Assembly (NCBI GenBank): GCA_964513145.1
Contig: CAZELK010000001.1
Location: 1-64,000 of the forward strand
DNA from: Candidatus Woesearchaeota archaeon
GTDB lineage: Archaea > Nanobdellota > Nanobdellia > SCGC-AAA011-G17 > JACPIM01
DNA length: 64,000 bases
Reading direction: 5' to 3'
The notes below the pieces were generated by a model, which searched no databases, was not told the DNA's origin, and saw only the letters and a program-made list of their open reading frames with translations. Made by a program: the position numbers and the translations under genes. Numbering within the stretch: the stretch's first letter is position 1; every line of letters begins with the position of its first letter. Below, piece after piece: positions 50,531-60,362 of the stretch.

Positions 50531-51040
50531 ATGAAATATGTTCCCAAACTAGTATTAAGGCTTATTGCTTCATTTTTATTAGTTTTTAGCAGTGAATTTT
50601 TTTATAAAGCACTATTTTATCCAATGTTTTATTTATTTTATTTTTTATTACTTCCATATAGTCCAAGCATATCCGGCAGTACTTTAATAATTGATGATAA
50701 AAAACTTATTTTTATTTCTGCTTGCGTTGCTGCGTCTGCTTATATACTTTTGGCCATATTAGTTCTTTTAACTAAAGATATTTCTTTTATGCAGGGCATT
50801 AAAATTTTAATTCTTGGATATTGTGCTTTGTTTATAGTTAATATGATTAGGATTTATTTTTTAGCATTGGTTTTATTAAAATTTGACATAAAACTTTTTG
50901 AAACCCTGCATTTATTTTTCTGGCAGATATTCTCGACTATTTTTGTTATTTTATTGTGGCTGTTTTTAGTTAAATATTTTAAAATTAAGTCAATACCAAT
51001 TTATTCTGACTTTAATTATTTATTTAAAAAATCAAGATAA
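50531..51040 (+). CDS. Archaeosortase/exosortase family protein (pacearchaeosortase-like)
   Basis: Multi-TM with Cys (SACVA), Arg (NMIRI) and His (LHLFFW). Confidence 0.75.
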   Translation: MKYVPKLVLRLIASFLLVFSSEFFYKALFYPMFYLFYFLLLPYSPSISGSTLIIDDKKLIFISACVAASAYILLAILVLLTKDISFMQGIKILILGYCALFIVNMIRIYFLALVLLKFDIKLFETLHLFFWQIFSTIFVILLWLFLVKYFKIKSIPIYSDFNYLFKKSR

Positions 51041-51919
51041 CTGGTCTTTTTTATTTAACTGGCTCTGATATATCAGGAAATCTTCTTTTGTTAACTTTGC
51101 CTTATTTTTTATTTTATCTTCAACTATTTTTGATTTTTCTTCTATGATTTTTTCTTCTTGTTTCTTCTTCATCTCTTTTCTTATCATCACTTCTGTTATT
51201 TTATTGTCTTTTATTTTCCCTATTTCGCCTAATTTAGAATTTAATTCCATATTTGACTTTTCTATTTCTGACTTAGTTTCTGATATCTCCTTTTGCTTAA
51301 GGTCTTCTTTTTCCCTTAATGCGTCAAGTTCTCTGAAAACTGTTTTAAATTCCTTATTTTTTTCTTTATTTGAGTCAAATAACCCTTTTATTTTATTATG
51401 TATCTTATCTGCTTCATTTCTTTCTTCTTTTATTTCTTTAGAAATCTTTTCTATTTTTTCTTTGTTGAAGAATAATTCACCACTGGTTTTAAATTCCATT
51501 TTAAGTTTTTTTAATTCTTCCATTAATTTTCTTTCCTTGTCAAATGATATTACTTCGGTTTGTATCTTTTCTTCCAAGAACTCTATTCTCTTTTTTATAT
51601 CAAGGGGATTTAATCTCTTATTTTTTGTTTTCTTTTCAAATTCTGAGTTTTTCTCCCTTAATTCTTTAACTGCAAAAATTAATTCCCTTACTTTTTTATT
51701 ATGAATGTCCCTTTCTTCCTTAAGTCTTGCCAGCTCTTCCTTTATATCAGGTCTTTTTTCTCTGGTTTCCTTAAGATTTGCCAAGAATTTTCTTATCTCT
51801 TTTTTTATATCAGTAATTTCTTTTATTTTTTGCTTTTTCTGAGAATTTAGATCACCTAATCTTCTGGTAAGTAAGTTAATCTCAGTTTTTAATTTATTTG
51901 AATCATTTTCTCTATCCAT
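51032..51919 (-). CDS. Archaeal coiled-coil protein
   Basis: Long heptad repeats, IQTEVISFDKER. Confidence 0.75.
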   Translation of the reverse strand: MDRENDSNKLKTEINLLTRRLGDLNSQKKQKIKEITDIKKEIRKFLANLKETREKRPDIKEELARLKEERDIHNKKVRELIFAVKELREKNSEFEKKTKNKRLNPLDIKKRIEFLEEKIQTEVISFDKERKLMEELKKLKMEFKTSGELFFNKEKIEKISKEIKEERNEADKIHNKIKGLFDSNKEKNKEFKTVFRELDALREKEDLKQKEISETKSEIEKSNMELNSKLGEIGKIKDNKITEVMIRKEMKKKQEEKIIEEKSKIVEDKIKNKAKLTKEDFLIYQSQLNKKDQLS

Positions 51920-51944
51920 ATTAAAAAAAGGTTAAAAATTTTAA

Positions 51945-52247
51945 TTAACCAAATAATGCCCCGAGGCCGACAGCAGCTGATTCTTCTGCTTTCTTTTCAT
52001 CTTCAGCTGATTTCTTCTTGTCTTCTTTAGCTTCTGTTTTTACTTCTGAAGGTTGTGCTGATGCAACTGGTATTGCTGCTTGCTTTATAACTTCATCTAT
52101 ATTGACTCCGTCTAATGCAGCCATTAAAGCCCTTGCTTTAGTATCATCAGCTTTTCCGCCAGCAGCTTCTATTACTTTTTTTACTTTATCCTGTGTTAAC
52201 TCTATTCCAAGTTTATGGATTAACAAAGCTGAATATACATACTCCAT
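51945..52247 (-). CDS. rpl12: 50S ribosomal protein P1/L12
   Basis: MEYVYSALL...GLGALFG. Confidence 0.97.
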   Translation of the reverse strand: MEYVYSALLIHKLGIELTQDKVKKVIEAAGGKADDTKARALMAALDGVNIDEVIKQAAIPVASAQPSEVKTEAKEDKKKSAEDEKKAEESAAVGLGALFG

Positions 52248-52259
52248 ATTTTCCTCCGA

Positions 52260-53306
52260 TTATATTTCTCCCCTTATTTTTTTATCAGTAAGCTGTTTTA
52301 AAATATCTGCAGCTTGTTGTTGATCATTTTTTGTAACATCTGTATTTTTAACTTCTAATTTTTCATTTACTTTTTTTAGTTCTTCTTTTAACGGCACTTC
52401 ATCATTTAAAATTTTTTTTGGTTCTTCCTGCTTGACTTCAATTTTCTTTTCTTCTTTAGGTTTTTCTATTGTTTTTTCTTCCTGCTTTATTTCTTTTGAT
52501 TCTTCTTTTACTTCAACTTTTCCAAGATCGCCAACTTTATTTTCCAAAGCCAAGGCATTCAAATATGCTTTTCTTAATATTATATCAACTGTGTCTTTCT
52601 CAATATAGCAAGCACCTACAGCAAGATTTAATGCTTCTGAATATGCTCTCTTTATATTGTTTAAATATTCTTCTTCATTTATACTTAATTGATCCTTTGT
52701 TAAAATTTCCCCATTTTTATATGTAAACATTAAGTTTAAACCTATCTCCATAGGCTCTATACCAAGTTTACTTAAAAGACCGGCTAATTTATCAGAAATT
52801 ACTTCGCCTTCTTTAACAATCAGTTTATCATCTTTAATGTGGATTTTTCCTTCCTGAACCTGAGTTTTTATGCCTAATACACCAAATTCACCAATCATCG
52901 GACCTGGAGTGAATTGGGTTGGGCCAGCTTTGATGTAAATATCTTTATTTGCCAGTTGCCCTGCTTTTGCTGCTGCACTTGTTTTATTTTTATTTAACAT
53001 TTTTTGCAGCTTAAATTCATCTTCTTTTGTAAATACTAAGGCTGGAATACCTTTTAACAATGGCTTTATTTTTGCAATATCTTTTTTTTCTTTTTCTAAC
53101 TGGTCAAATGCTAATTTCATCAGCCTTTTTTTTGTTATTTTAATAAAAATCCTGTCTCGCAATTTATGCTTTATTTTTAAGAAATGGGCTGCTGGCAAAT
53201 TCTCTAAGTTTATTATGCCCAGGACAGGATATTCTTTAATAGTTTTCTTAATATTTTCAACTTCTACTTTCTTTTGCGGGTTTACGTGGGCTATTTTATT
53301 TTCCAT
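52260..53306 (-). CDS. rpl10: 50S ribosomal protein uL10/P0
   Basis: GPTQFTPGP, LGIEPMEIGL. Confidence 0.95.
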   Translation of the reverse strand: MENKIAHVNPQKKVEVENIKKTIKEYPVLGIINLENLPAAHFLKIKHKLRDRIFIKITKKRLMKLAFDQLEKEKKDIAKIKPLLKGIPALVFTKEDEFKLQKMLNKNKTSAAAKAGQLANKDIYIKAGPTQFTPGPMIGEFGVLGIKTQVQEGKIHIKDDKLIVKEGEVISDKLAGLLSKLGIEPMEIGLNLMFTYKNGEILTKDQLSINEEEYLNNIKRAYSEALNLAVGACYIEKDTVDIILRKAYLNALALENKVGDLGKVEVKEESKEIKQEEKTIEKPKEEKKIEVKQEEPKKILNDEVPLKEELKKVNEKLEVKNTDVTKNDQQQAADILKQLTDKKIRGEI

Positions 53307-54024
53307 TTTCTTTTTTCTTTTCCCTTACTTTCTGGATTATTTGTTCTATTTCTTCTTTTTTATAATCCTTACCAATTTCAACTGCGCTGCCCATACTTAA
53401 TTTTATAAAAGTACTTTTTATGTTGTTTTTTTCTTGCGGTATGCTGTGAAGTATAAAATTATAAATCAAAAGAATATTATCAGCTATATCTTCTTCTTTC
53501 ATTGATTCATTTCCTATCAGTGTTTTTACTGTCAATTCGTTTTTAGTCTGCAGTTTTATTGTGTTTCTTAATTTTTCAATCAAGGGTTTAATTGTAGGCA
53601 AGTTTCCAGGAATGACACAGCCTACTTTTGGGTTAGGCATTTTTCCCAATGGACCAATAATTTTACCCAATAATGTAGCTATTTTTGGCATTATATCTGC
53701 CTGAGCTATAAAATAATCATAAGCTCTGGCGATTTTTTTCAATTCTTTCTTTTTATTTTCGTATTTAGGAAATTCATCTTTTAATATTACTAAATCGCAG
53801 GTTTCTTTAGCCTGCTTTTCCAGATCATAATCAACTAATGCACATATCTTTACTTTTCTACCTGTTGGGTGATTTAATTGAGTGAATAAATTTATATTTT
53901 CTTCTGGCTTTTTTAGATTTAAATTTTTTAGATTTATAACTAGGTCAATACTTTGCTTAAAATTTCTTTTCTTAGAAACTTCTTTTGCTAATTTTATTGA
54001 TTCTAGTATTTGCTTTTTATCCAA
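53296..54024 (-). CDS. rpl1: 50S ribosomal protein uL1
   Basis: KRNFKQSIDL, GKMPNP. TTG start with GGAGG RBS. Confidence 0.95.
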   Translation of the reverse strand: MDKKQILESIKLAKEVSKKRNFKQSIDLVINLKNLNLKKPEENINLFTQLNHPTGRKVKICALVDYDLEKQAKETCDLVILKDEFPKYENKKKELKKIARAYDYFIAQADIMPKIATLLGKIIGPLGKMPNPKVGCVIPGNLPTIKPLIEKLRNTIKLQTKNELTVKTLIGNESMKEEDIADNILLIYNFILHSIPQEKNNIKSTFIKLSMGSAVEIGKDYKKEEIEQIIQKVREKKKENGK

Positions 54025-54194
54025 TTTACCCTCCTACGAACCTTTTTAGCGAATCACTAAAAACTTACGGAATCCGTAATGTAGTCCAAATGGGTAAGAA
54101 TTTTACTATATTTCTTATTTATAAATATTTGTCTTTATTTATTCCTACTCTTATGTATGAAAAAGTTTAAATACTTTTACTTACTATTAATATT

Positions 54195-54431
54195 ATGATC
54201 ATTAGAAGAGAAATAGGTAAAAAAGGACAGGTTGTAATCCCCAAGGACATAAGAACTTTTTTGGGAATAAAATCCGGAGAGAATGTCATTTTTGAAGTTA
54301 GAAATAAAGAAGTTGTCTTAAAACAGCAAGACAATACAAATTTTTTAGAAGAATTTTTGAATGTTTCAAAGAAACTGAACAAGGGAATTAGAATAAAAGA
54401 TATAAAAGAAGTGATAGATGAGCAATATTAA
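54195..54431 (+). CDS. AbrB/MazE-type antitoxin (VapB-like)
   Basis: KGQVVIPKDIR. Confidence 0.85.
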   Translation: MIIRREIGKKGQVVIPKDIRTFLGIKSGENVIFEVRNKEVVLKQQDNTNFLEEFLNVSKKLNKGIRIKDIKEVIDEQY

Positions 54432-54840
54432 TTATGTTGATGTAAATATTTTTATTTACCCAGTAGTCAATCCTATTAAGGACTCAAAGGCCTTATCTTC
54501 TAAAAAAATTTTAGACAGGATAGTAAAAAATGATATTTCTGCAATAACTTCTTTTTTAAGCTGGGATGAATTTGTATATTCTATAAGGAAATTCTTAGGA
54601 AAGGAATTGGCTGTTACTGAAGGGAAAAAACTCCTTGAATTTCCCAATCTGAAATTCTTAAAAGTTGATGAAGAGGTTATACAAAAAGCCCAAGATTTAA
54701 TTACAAAATATAATTTAAAACCAAGAGATGCTATACATGCTGCAAGTGCTTTAATTAATGATGCTGTTTTAATAATTTCTGATGACCCTGATTTTGATAA
54801 GATGATTGAACTTATTAAACGAATTAAATTAGAGTCCTAA
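54418..54840 (+). CDS. vapC: PIN-domain toxin
   Basis: YVDVNIFIY, RDAIHAA, SDDPDF. Confidence 0.9.
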   Translation: MSNINYVDVNIFIYPVVNPIKDSKALSSKKILDRIVKNDISAITSFLSWDEFVYSIRKFLGKELAVTEGKKLLEFPNLKFLKVDEEVIQKAQDLITKYNLKPRDAIHAASALINDAVLIISDDPDFDKMIELIKRIKLES

Positions 54841-54894
54841 TTTATATCTCGTTTTGCAATAAAACTTATAAATCATTATTAACAATTATAATTT

Positions 54895-55308
54895 ATGACA
54901 GAAAATAATTCAAGAGATCCAGTGGGATTAAGAAGGGCCGGATCTGCTTTTAATTTGTCTGGAAGACTGGGCCAATATGCAGCCCTAATGTATGGGGTCT
55001 ATACAATTAACCAAGAAAACATTAACATTAAAAAAATTGTTTTAAGCGGTGTCGCTTTTGGAGTTTTTAGTTTTATTGAGTATTTGTCATGCCTTGCTGC
55101 TTACAGGGCTGAAGGAGAAATAATAAGGGAGACTACTAATGAATTAAAAGACAAGATTAATCATCTGGAAAGAAAAATTTCTGGAAAAAGTATAAGTTCC
55201 AGAATTTTAGATCCAAACAAACCTGATGACAGGACTAAACTTGATGAAATTGTAGAAAGAAACTTAAGAGAAGCAGAAAAGAAAGATAAAAAATCAAGGT
55301 CTTATTAA
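54895..55308 (+). CDS. Hypothetical membrane protein
   Basis: Two hydrophobic segments. Confidence 0.55.
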   Translation: MTENNSRDPVGLRRAGSAFNLSGRLGQYAALMYGVYTINQENINIKKIVLSGVAFGVFSFIEYLSCLAAYRAEGEIIRETTNELKDKINHLERKISGKSISSRILDPNKPDDRTKLDEIVERNLREAEKKDKKSRSY

Positions 55309-55814
55309 GATAATAAATAAACATATAATTTCTCAAAGAAAAACTTTTTTTCTGATAATTTTTTATATTTAAAATTGTATTTTTTAATTATTGTATTAAC
55401 ATCGGGAGTTAATGAACTAAAAACCATTAATATTTTTCCATTCTCTTTTAAATGTTCTCTTGCTTTTGACAAAAACCTTTCTATAATCTCATTACCTTTT
55501 TTCCCACCAATATAGTTTAGGTTGTCTTCTAATTTTACTTTGTCATCTGGCAAATATGGCGGATTGAAAGTTATTAAATCAAATTTTCCATTTACATTTT
55601 TGAATAAATCTGATTTTATACATTTAATTCCTAATTTTTTACAATGGATTACTGATTCTTTGTTAATATCAACTGCAGTAACATATTTTGTTTTTTTTAG
55701 TGCTGTTTCTGCCAATATACCAGTTCCAGTACACATATCAAGAACTTTTCCTTTTGCATATTTTTTTACTTGCTCCTGTATTAAGAAACTATCATCTGAT
55801 GGTTTGTATAGCAT
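55305..55814 (-). CDS. HemK/PrmC-related methyltransferase
   Basis: YKPSDDSFL, DMCTGTG, NPPY. Confidence 0.88.
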   Translation of the reverse strand: MLYKPSDDSFLIQEQVKKYAKGKVLDMCTGTGILAETALKKTKYVTAVDINKESVIHCKKLGIKCIKSDLFKNVNGKFDLITFNPPYLPDDKVKLEDNLNYIGGKKGNEIIERFLSKAREHLKENGKILMVFSSLTPDVNTIIKKYNFKYKKLSEKKFFFEKLYVYLLS

Positions 55815-55865
55815 TTTATTTTATAATTAGAATAAATTTATAATTGTTTTTAATCTTGTTATTTT

Positions 55866-56459
55866 ATGAGAGAATTTATATTGTTGGCTTCAAGAGCCAG
55901 AACAAGTCCTGATTTTGATTTATTTAATTTAAAGGAAGCTGGAAGAATGGATTTAGTTTGCAGGGCTGTTTCGAGTGCTTTTTTTACTTCAGACAATTTA
56001 AGAACTGACACTATCTTGAATGTTGTTTTAAATGGTCCTGATTATCCACCAAAAATTATAACTTTTTCTGGAAATAGTTTAAGAAATATTTATCCTGATG
56101 AGATTTCTATAGCTGGATATATTCTTCAAGCATTAAAAAAGGGCAAAAATCTGAAATTAAATGAACAAATTGATGTTACAGACGGAGTAAAAATCTCCAA
56201 AAAAAGTTTTGAAGCACAGGTTAAAGAAAAATCTTCAGATAAAAAACTTATTTATTTAAATGATAAAGGAGAAGATATAAGAGATATAGAACTTAAGGAT
56301 GATTTTGTTTTTATTTTAGGCGATAATTTGGGGTTGCCAAAGAAAACTGAAAAATTTTTAGACAGATTAAATGCAAAAAAAGTCAAATTAGGTTCAGTTA
56401 GCTTGTTCAGCAGCCATGCAATTATCCTGGTTCACAATGAATTTGATAGAACAGTTTAA
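55866..56459 (+). CDS. trmY: tRNA (pseudouridine54-N1)-methyltransferase
   Basis: AGRMDLVCR, LGDNLG, SPOUT-type C-terminus. Confidence 0.88.
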   Translation: MREFILLASRARTSPDFDLFNLKEAGRMDLVCRAVSSAFFTSDNLRTDTILNVVLNGPDYPPKIITFSGNSLRNIYPDEISIAGYILQALKKGKNLKLNEQIDVTDGVKISKKSFEAQVKEKSSDKKLIYLNDKGEDIRDIELKDDFVFILGDNLGLPKKTEKFLDRLNAKKVKLGSVSLFSSHAIILVHNEFDRTV

Positions 56460-56485
56460 AAATCTGTTAATTATTTATAATTTAA

Positions 56486-56605
56486 ATGAAAAGAGTTGCA
56501 ATTATTGGCGGCGGATTTGGAGGAATTTATACTTGCAAATATTTATTAAAGAAATTAAAGAATGTTGAAATAATATTAATCAACAAAATTAATTATTTTA
56601 TTTAG
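56486..56605 (+). pseudogene. N-terminal remnant of an FAD-dependent oxidoreductase (NDH-2-like)
   Basis: MKRVAIIGGGFGGIYTCKYL...ILINKINYFI*. Confidence 0.7.
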
Positions 56606-57020
56606 TACTATTTTCTTCTTCAATTGACATAGCATTTAATTCTACAGTTAACTGCTCACTATATAGTGCTGCTTTATTCAACTGTTCTCTTATTGTTTCC
56701 AATGACGAGGTTACATTTATAACCTGGCTTTTTATCAAGGTTACAGAGTCATTAATATTTTTTTCAACTAATATTCCTGCACCGATATTGACTATGACGT
56801 TTTGATTATTATTTAACTTGCTGCTGATAAATATGCCAGGACCTATAGATGAAAACATATCAGAACCATTTTTAATATCATTTAATTCTAATACACTAGC
56901 TTCTAAATTTGTTAATTCATTTAATTGCTGCTGCAAGAAAATAAATTGTTCCTGAACCTGCTTTATCTGCTGATTCAGCATCTGAAGTTCAACGTACTTT
57001 TCTTGTACTTCTTTTTTCAT
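56598..57020 (-). CDS. pfdA: Prefoldin alpha subunit
   Basis: IGPGIFI...VNIGAGILVEK. Confidence 0.92.
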   Translation of the reverse strand: MKKEVQEKYVELQMLNQQIKQVQEQFIFLQQQLNELTNLEASVLELNDIKNGSDMFSSIGPGIFISSKLNNNQNVIVNIGAGILVEKNINDSVTLIKSQVINVTSSLETIREQLNKAALYSEQLTVELNAMSIEEENSTK

Positions 57021-57600
57021 CTTTGATCTTTTTTGCTTTTGTTTCTTTTACTTTAACAGGCGTCTTTTCTTCTTTTGCTACTTTTTTCTTTTCCCTTATT
57101 TCATAACCTAATTTGCCAAATTCTTTTTTTATATTTTCTGTATTTTCATTTTTTTTGATATCAATTTGCCTTTCAAGTGTTTTTAAATGAAGAATATTGC
57201 ATTTTCTTCTCTTTACCTGGCCATCAATCATGACAAAATTATCATCAATTTTATCAATGACAACACAAATTTTAGATCCTTCCTTGCCTGCTGTTTTGAC
57301 ACATACCTGACCAATTTCCAGTGGCAATTCTTTCATTTCCTTAAATTTGTTAATTATAGTTTCGCGCGAACATTTGCTACATAAGTTTCCACCATATGCT
57401 CTTGAAACTGTTTTTTGACTTAAAGTTAAATTTCTAAAACCAGAAGGTCTTTCTCTTGGTATTCCTTTTAATGCTGTTTTACATTTTCCGCATTTTACTG
57501 CAGATGGTTTTCTTTTAAGATAATGAATTACTAACCTAGAACCAGGTGTTTTTACTTTTACTCTTCTTAAGCTTCTTGTTGCATTTGGTTGTATAGCCAT
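56989..57600 (-). CDS. Fused ribosomal proteins eL34-eL14
   Basis: RRVKVKTPG...YGGNLCSKC (eL34), then IGQVCVKTAGKEG...VKRRKCNILHL (eL14), in one frame. Confidence 0.85.
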   Translation of the reverse strand: MAIQPNATRSLRRVKVKTPGSRLVIHYLKRKPSAVKCGKCKTALKGIPRERPSGFRNLTLSQKTVSRAYGGNLCSKCSRETIINKFKEMKELPLEIGQVCVKTAGKEGSKICVVIDKIDDNFVMIDGQVKRRKCNILHLKTLERQIDIKKNENTENIKKEFGKLGYEIREKKKVAKEEKTPVKVKETKAKKIKDEKRSTRKVR

Positions 57601-57601
57601 T

Positions 57602-58069
57602 TTAATGAAGTTTTAGTATCTTTCTTATTATCAGGCTGAATATTATTGATGAAATAATGTATGTTCCAAGCCAGCCTATGCTTGAACCAATTAACGGAAG
57701 TGAGAAAGGAAGATTTATTAATGTTTCTCCTGCTGGAAATTTTTTTCCAAGCCAGCTGAATATTATTAACAATGGTATAAGAGTGAATAATGTTGGCTTC
57801 ATTGAATGCTTCATATAATTTAAACTATTTTCCATAGCTTTTTTTTGCATTTCCAGTAGTTTTTGCGGTTCATCTTTAAGATTTTTCATTTCATTCTTGA
57901 AAAACTGGCTTTCTTCTTTAAGTTTTTTCATAGCATTTTGATCACTTAAAAATTTTATTGCCAAGTTAACTAGTAAAGTTAAAATAAATGAGATTACAAT
58001 TAAACTCCATGGTTTTCCAAGGGCTAAAATCCAGCCAAATATAAAATTCAAAAAATTATCCAATACCAT
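57602..58069 (-). CDS. DUF106/EMC3-TMCO1 (Oxa1 superfamily) membrane protein
   Basis: TM-coiled coil-TM, SMKPTLFT, GWLGTYI. Adjacent to secY. Confidence 0.85.
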   Translation of the reverse strand: MVLDNFLNFIFGWILALGKPWSLIVISFILTLLVNLAIKFLSDQNAMKKLKEESQFFKNEMKNLKDEPQKLLEMQKKAMENSLNYMKHSMKPTLFTLIPLLIIFSWLGKKFPAGETLINLPFSLPLIGSSIGWLGTYIISSIIFSLIIRKILKLH

Positions 58070-58070
58070 T

Positions 58071-59471
58071 TTACTCCATCATCTTTTTTAATCCTGGGTG
58101 CATGTCTACCATGTGCTGCCTACTAATGTCCTCATATAACTTGTAAATTATCATAACAGTAAGAAGTAATCCAGTACCGCTTGTTAAAGCACCCAATAAA
58201 TCTGCTGTTGCTGCCAAAAAACCTACTGACATTGCACCCATTACAGTTAATGGGGATATATATCTTTCTAATAATTTTTCAATGACTCTCGGATCTCTTC
58301 TGAAACCTGGAATCTGCAATCCGGAATTTATTATTTGTTTAGCCTGGGACGAAGCATCCATACCAGATGTCTGCACCCAGAATATTGAAAATATTATTGA
58401 ACCAAAAACAAAGGCAAGAATATATACAAATGACTGGGCTACTAAAATTGGCCTAAAGCTTCCGCCCAAAATCTCGGCAGGCAAATTAGGTGCAAATAAC
58501 CATGATACTAAACCTGAAGTCGGGGTATTGCCTGCAAATGTTCCCAAAATTGGATAACCCCAACCTTCCAAAAGCCTTGCCCATAACTGGATATTTGCAA
58601 ACAAAGCTGCGATTAATATTACCGGGATATTTGATGTATACATAAACTTTAAAGGCCACCTTATACCCTGACCACGGATACGGCCAAAACTTAGGGGGAT
58701 TTCTACTTTCATTGACTGGGCATAAACAGCAACAACAAAAATTAAAACTGTGAATAATATCAACAAGCCAGCCAAGAATGCTTCTCCTGGATTTCTCTGA
58801 ATTAATGACAGTAATAAAACCCATAATTGCCCAACAGGACTTTCTCCAGATCCAAGTGCGAAATTACCACCCCTTGTTAAAGGAGATAAAATTCTTACAA
58901 ATAATTGTGATGCTACTCCAGCTGCTATAAATAGACTAGTACCAGAACCAAAGCCCCATTTATTTAAAACCTCATCCATAAATAAAACTAATAATCCGCC
59001 AACAAATAACTGTATTACCATAAATATCTGGAGTGTACTATATAATCCAGAACTGACGCTTTGTGGTGGAGCAAGACCACCCAAGTAAACATAGATAATT
59101 GCCTCGAAAATTATGAAACCTATAGCTGATATTTTCTGAACTCCCTGAAAATGAGATCTTCCTTCATGTGTTGTTGTGTCAAATTTTAATATTCCTGAAC
59201 CTGTTAATAATTGCAAAACTATTGATGCAGTAACAATAGGACCAATACCCAAGGATAAAATACTTCCAAAACTTGCACCCAATAAAATAGAAATTGATTC
59301 AAATTGAGACAAGGCGTTTTGTCCTAAGCCATACAAAGGCACTATACTTAAAATGTAAAATGAAGTTAATATTATCAAAGTCCATTTTAATTTAGTATTA
59401 AAAGAAACATGCTTTTCTTCAGGTCCTTTAATTTCTGGGAGACTATTTAGAATTTTTTTAAAAAGACTCAT
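58071..59471 (-). CDS. secY: Preprotein translocase SecY
   Basis: LGIGPIVTASI, GFGSGTSLFI, YTSNIPVI. Confidence 0.97.
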   Translation of the reverse strand: MSLFKKILNSLPEIKGPEEKHVSFNTKLKWTLIILTSFYILSIVPLYGLGQNALSQFESISILLGASFGSILSLGIGPIVTASIVLQLLTGSGILKFDTTTHEGRSHFQGVQKISAIGFIIFEAIIYVYLGGLAPPQSVSSGLYSTLQIFMVIQLFVGGLLVLFMDEVLNKWGFGSGTSLFIAAGVASQLFVRILSPLTRGGNFALGSGESPVGQLWVLLLSLIQRNPGEAFLAGLLILFTVLIFVVAVYAQSMKVEIPLSFGRIRGQGIRWPLKFMYTSNIPVILIAALFANIQLWARLLEGWGYPILGTFAGNTPTSGLVSWLFAPNLPAEILGGSFRPILVAQSFVYILAFVFGSIIFSIFWVQTSGMDASSQAKQIINSGLQIPGFRRDPRVIEKLLERYISPLTVMGAMSVGFLAATADLLGALTSGTGLLLTVMIIYKLYEDISRQHMVDMHPGLKKMME

Positions 59472-59472
59472 C

Positions 59473-59883
59473 TTATTTTTTTATAATTTGTCCACCTATT
59501 TTTTCAATTTTTTCTTTTGCATTTTTACTATAGCTACTTATCATGACTGTTATTTTCTTTGTGAGATTTCCTTTTCCTAATAATTTTGTAAATCCCATAT
59601 TAGCAAGATCTATACTTGATTCTTTGTATTTTTCTAAATCTCCTATATTAATAATTTTTATTTCCCTTTTCAAATGCTGGGGTCTTCTAAAACCAAATTT
59701 CCCAAAATAATCATGGCCATATTTTTTTAAGATCATTGTTTTTTTATGGTCAGATCTTTTTCCTGTGCCAGACATTCCACGGCCACCACGGTTGCCAGCT
59801 TTTCGATGCTTTTTCTTACTACCCCAACCATATGTGTGCGATCCTTTCTGCCTTGAATTTTTCTTTCTTTTATTTATTGGCAT
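59473..59883 (-). CDS. rpl15: 50S ribosomal protein uL15
   Basis: GSHTYGWGSKKKHRKAG. Confidence 0.95.
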   Translation of the reverse strand: MPINKRKKNSRQKGSHTYGWGSKKKHRKAGNRGGRGMSGTGKRSDHKKTMILKKYGHDYFGKFGFRRPQHLKREIKIINIGDLEKYKESSIDLANMGFTKLLGKGNLTKKITVMISSYSKNAKEKIEKIGGQIIKK

Positions 59884-59887
59884 AAAC

Positions 59888-60361
59888 TTAAACCATTTTT
59901 ACTATTAATTCATTAATTTTGTCTTTTCTATAACCCAAGACTCCACCCAATGAATAGGGTTTTTTAGTGCTATTTTGTTCAAAACCGCCTTTTGGAGGAC
60001 ATAATTTAAAAAAATTTTTTAATCCTGGAATATCTTTAAATTCTTTTTTAATATTCATAAAATTTTCAACAAATTCATTTAATGATAATTTTACATGTTT
60101 TTTTAAATATTCTTCACTAAACTTTTCTTTTTTTGTTATTTTGCCTCTTTTTTCCAATAAAACTTTGAAAGTTTCCTTGTCTATTTCGCCCCAAGTAACA
60201 TAATTATTTAATTTCATAATCATTCCAAGATAATTTTTTGTAGAAGGCACAATTGTGCAAGTATATTTATTATATAACCTTAATAAATTGAAAGTTTCCT
60301 TGATATCTTTTTTAACTCCGACTTTTCCAGCAATCCTTATTATTGCAATCCGCTTTTCCAT
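59888..60361 (-). CDS. rpl30: 50S ribosomal protein uL30
   Basis: VTWGEI, PPKGGF. Confidence 0.95.
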   Translation of the reverse strand: MEKRIAIIRIAGKVGVKKDIKETFNLLRLYNKYTCTIVPSTKNYLGMIMKLNNYVTWGEIDKETFKVLLEKRGKITKKEKFSEEYLKKHVKLSLNEFVENFMNIKKEFKDIPGLKNFFKLCPPKGGFEQNSTKKPYSLGGVLGYRKDKINELIVKMV

Positions 60362-60362
60362 T

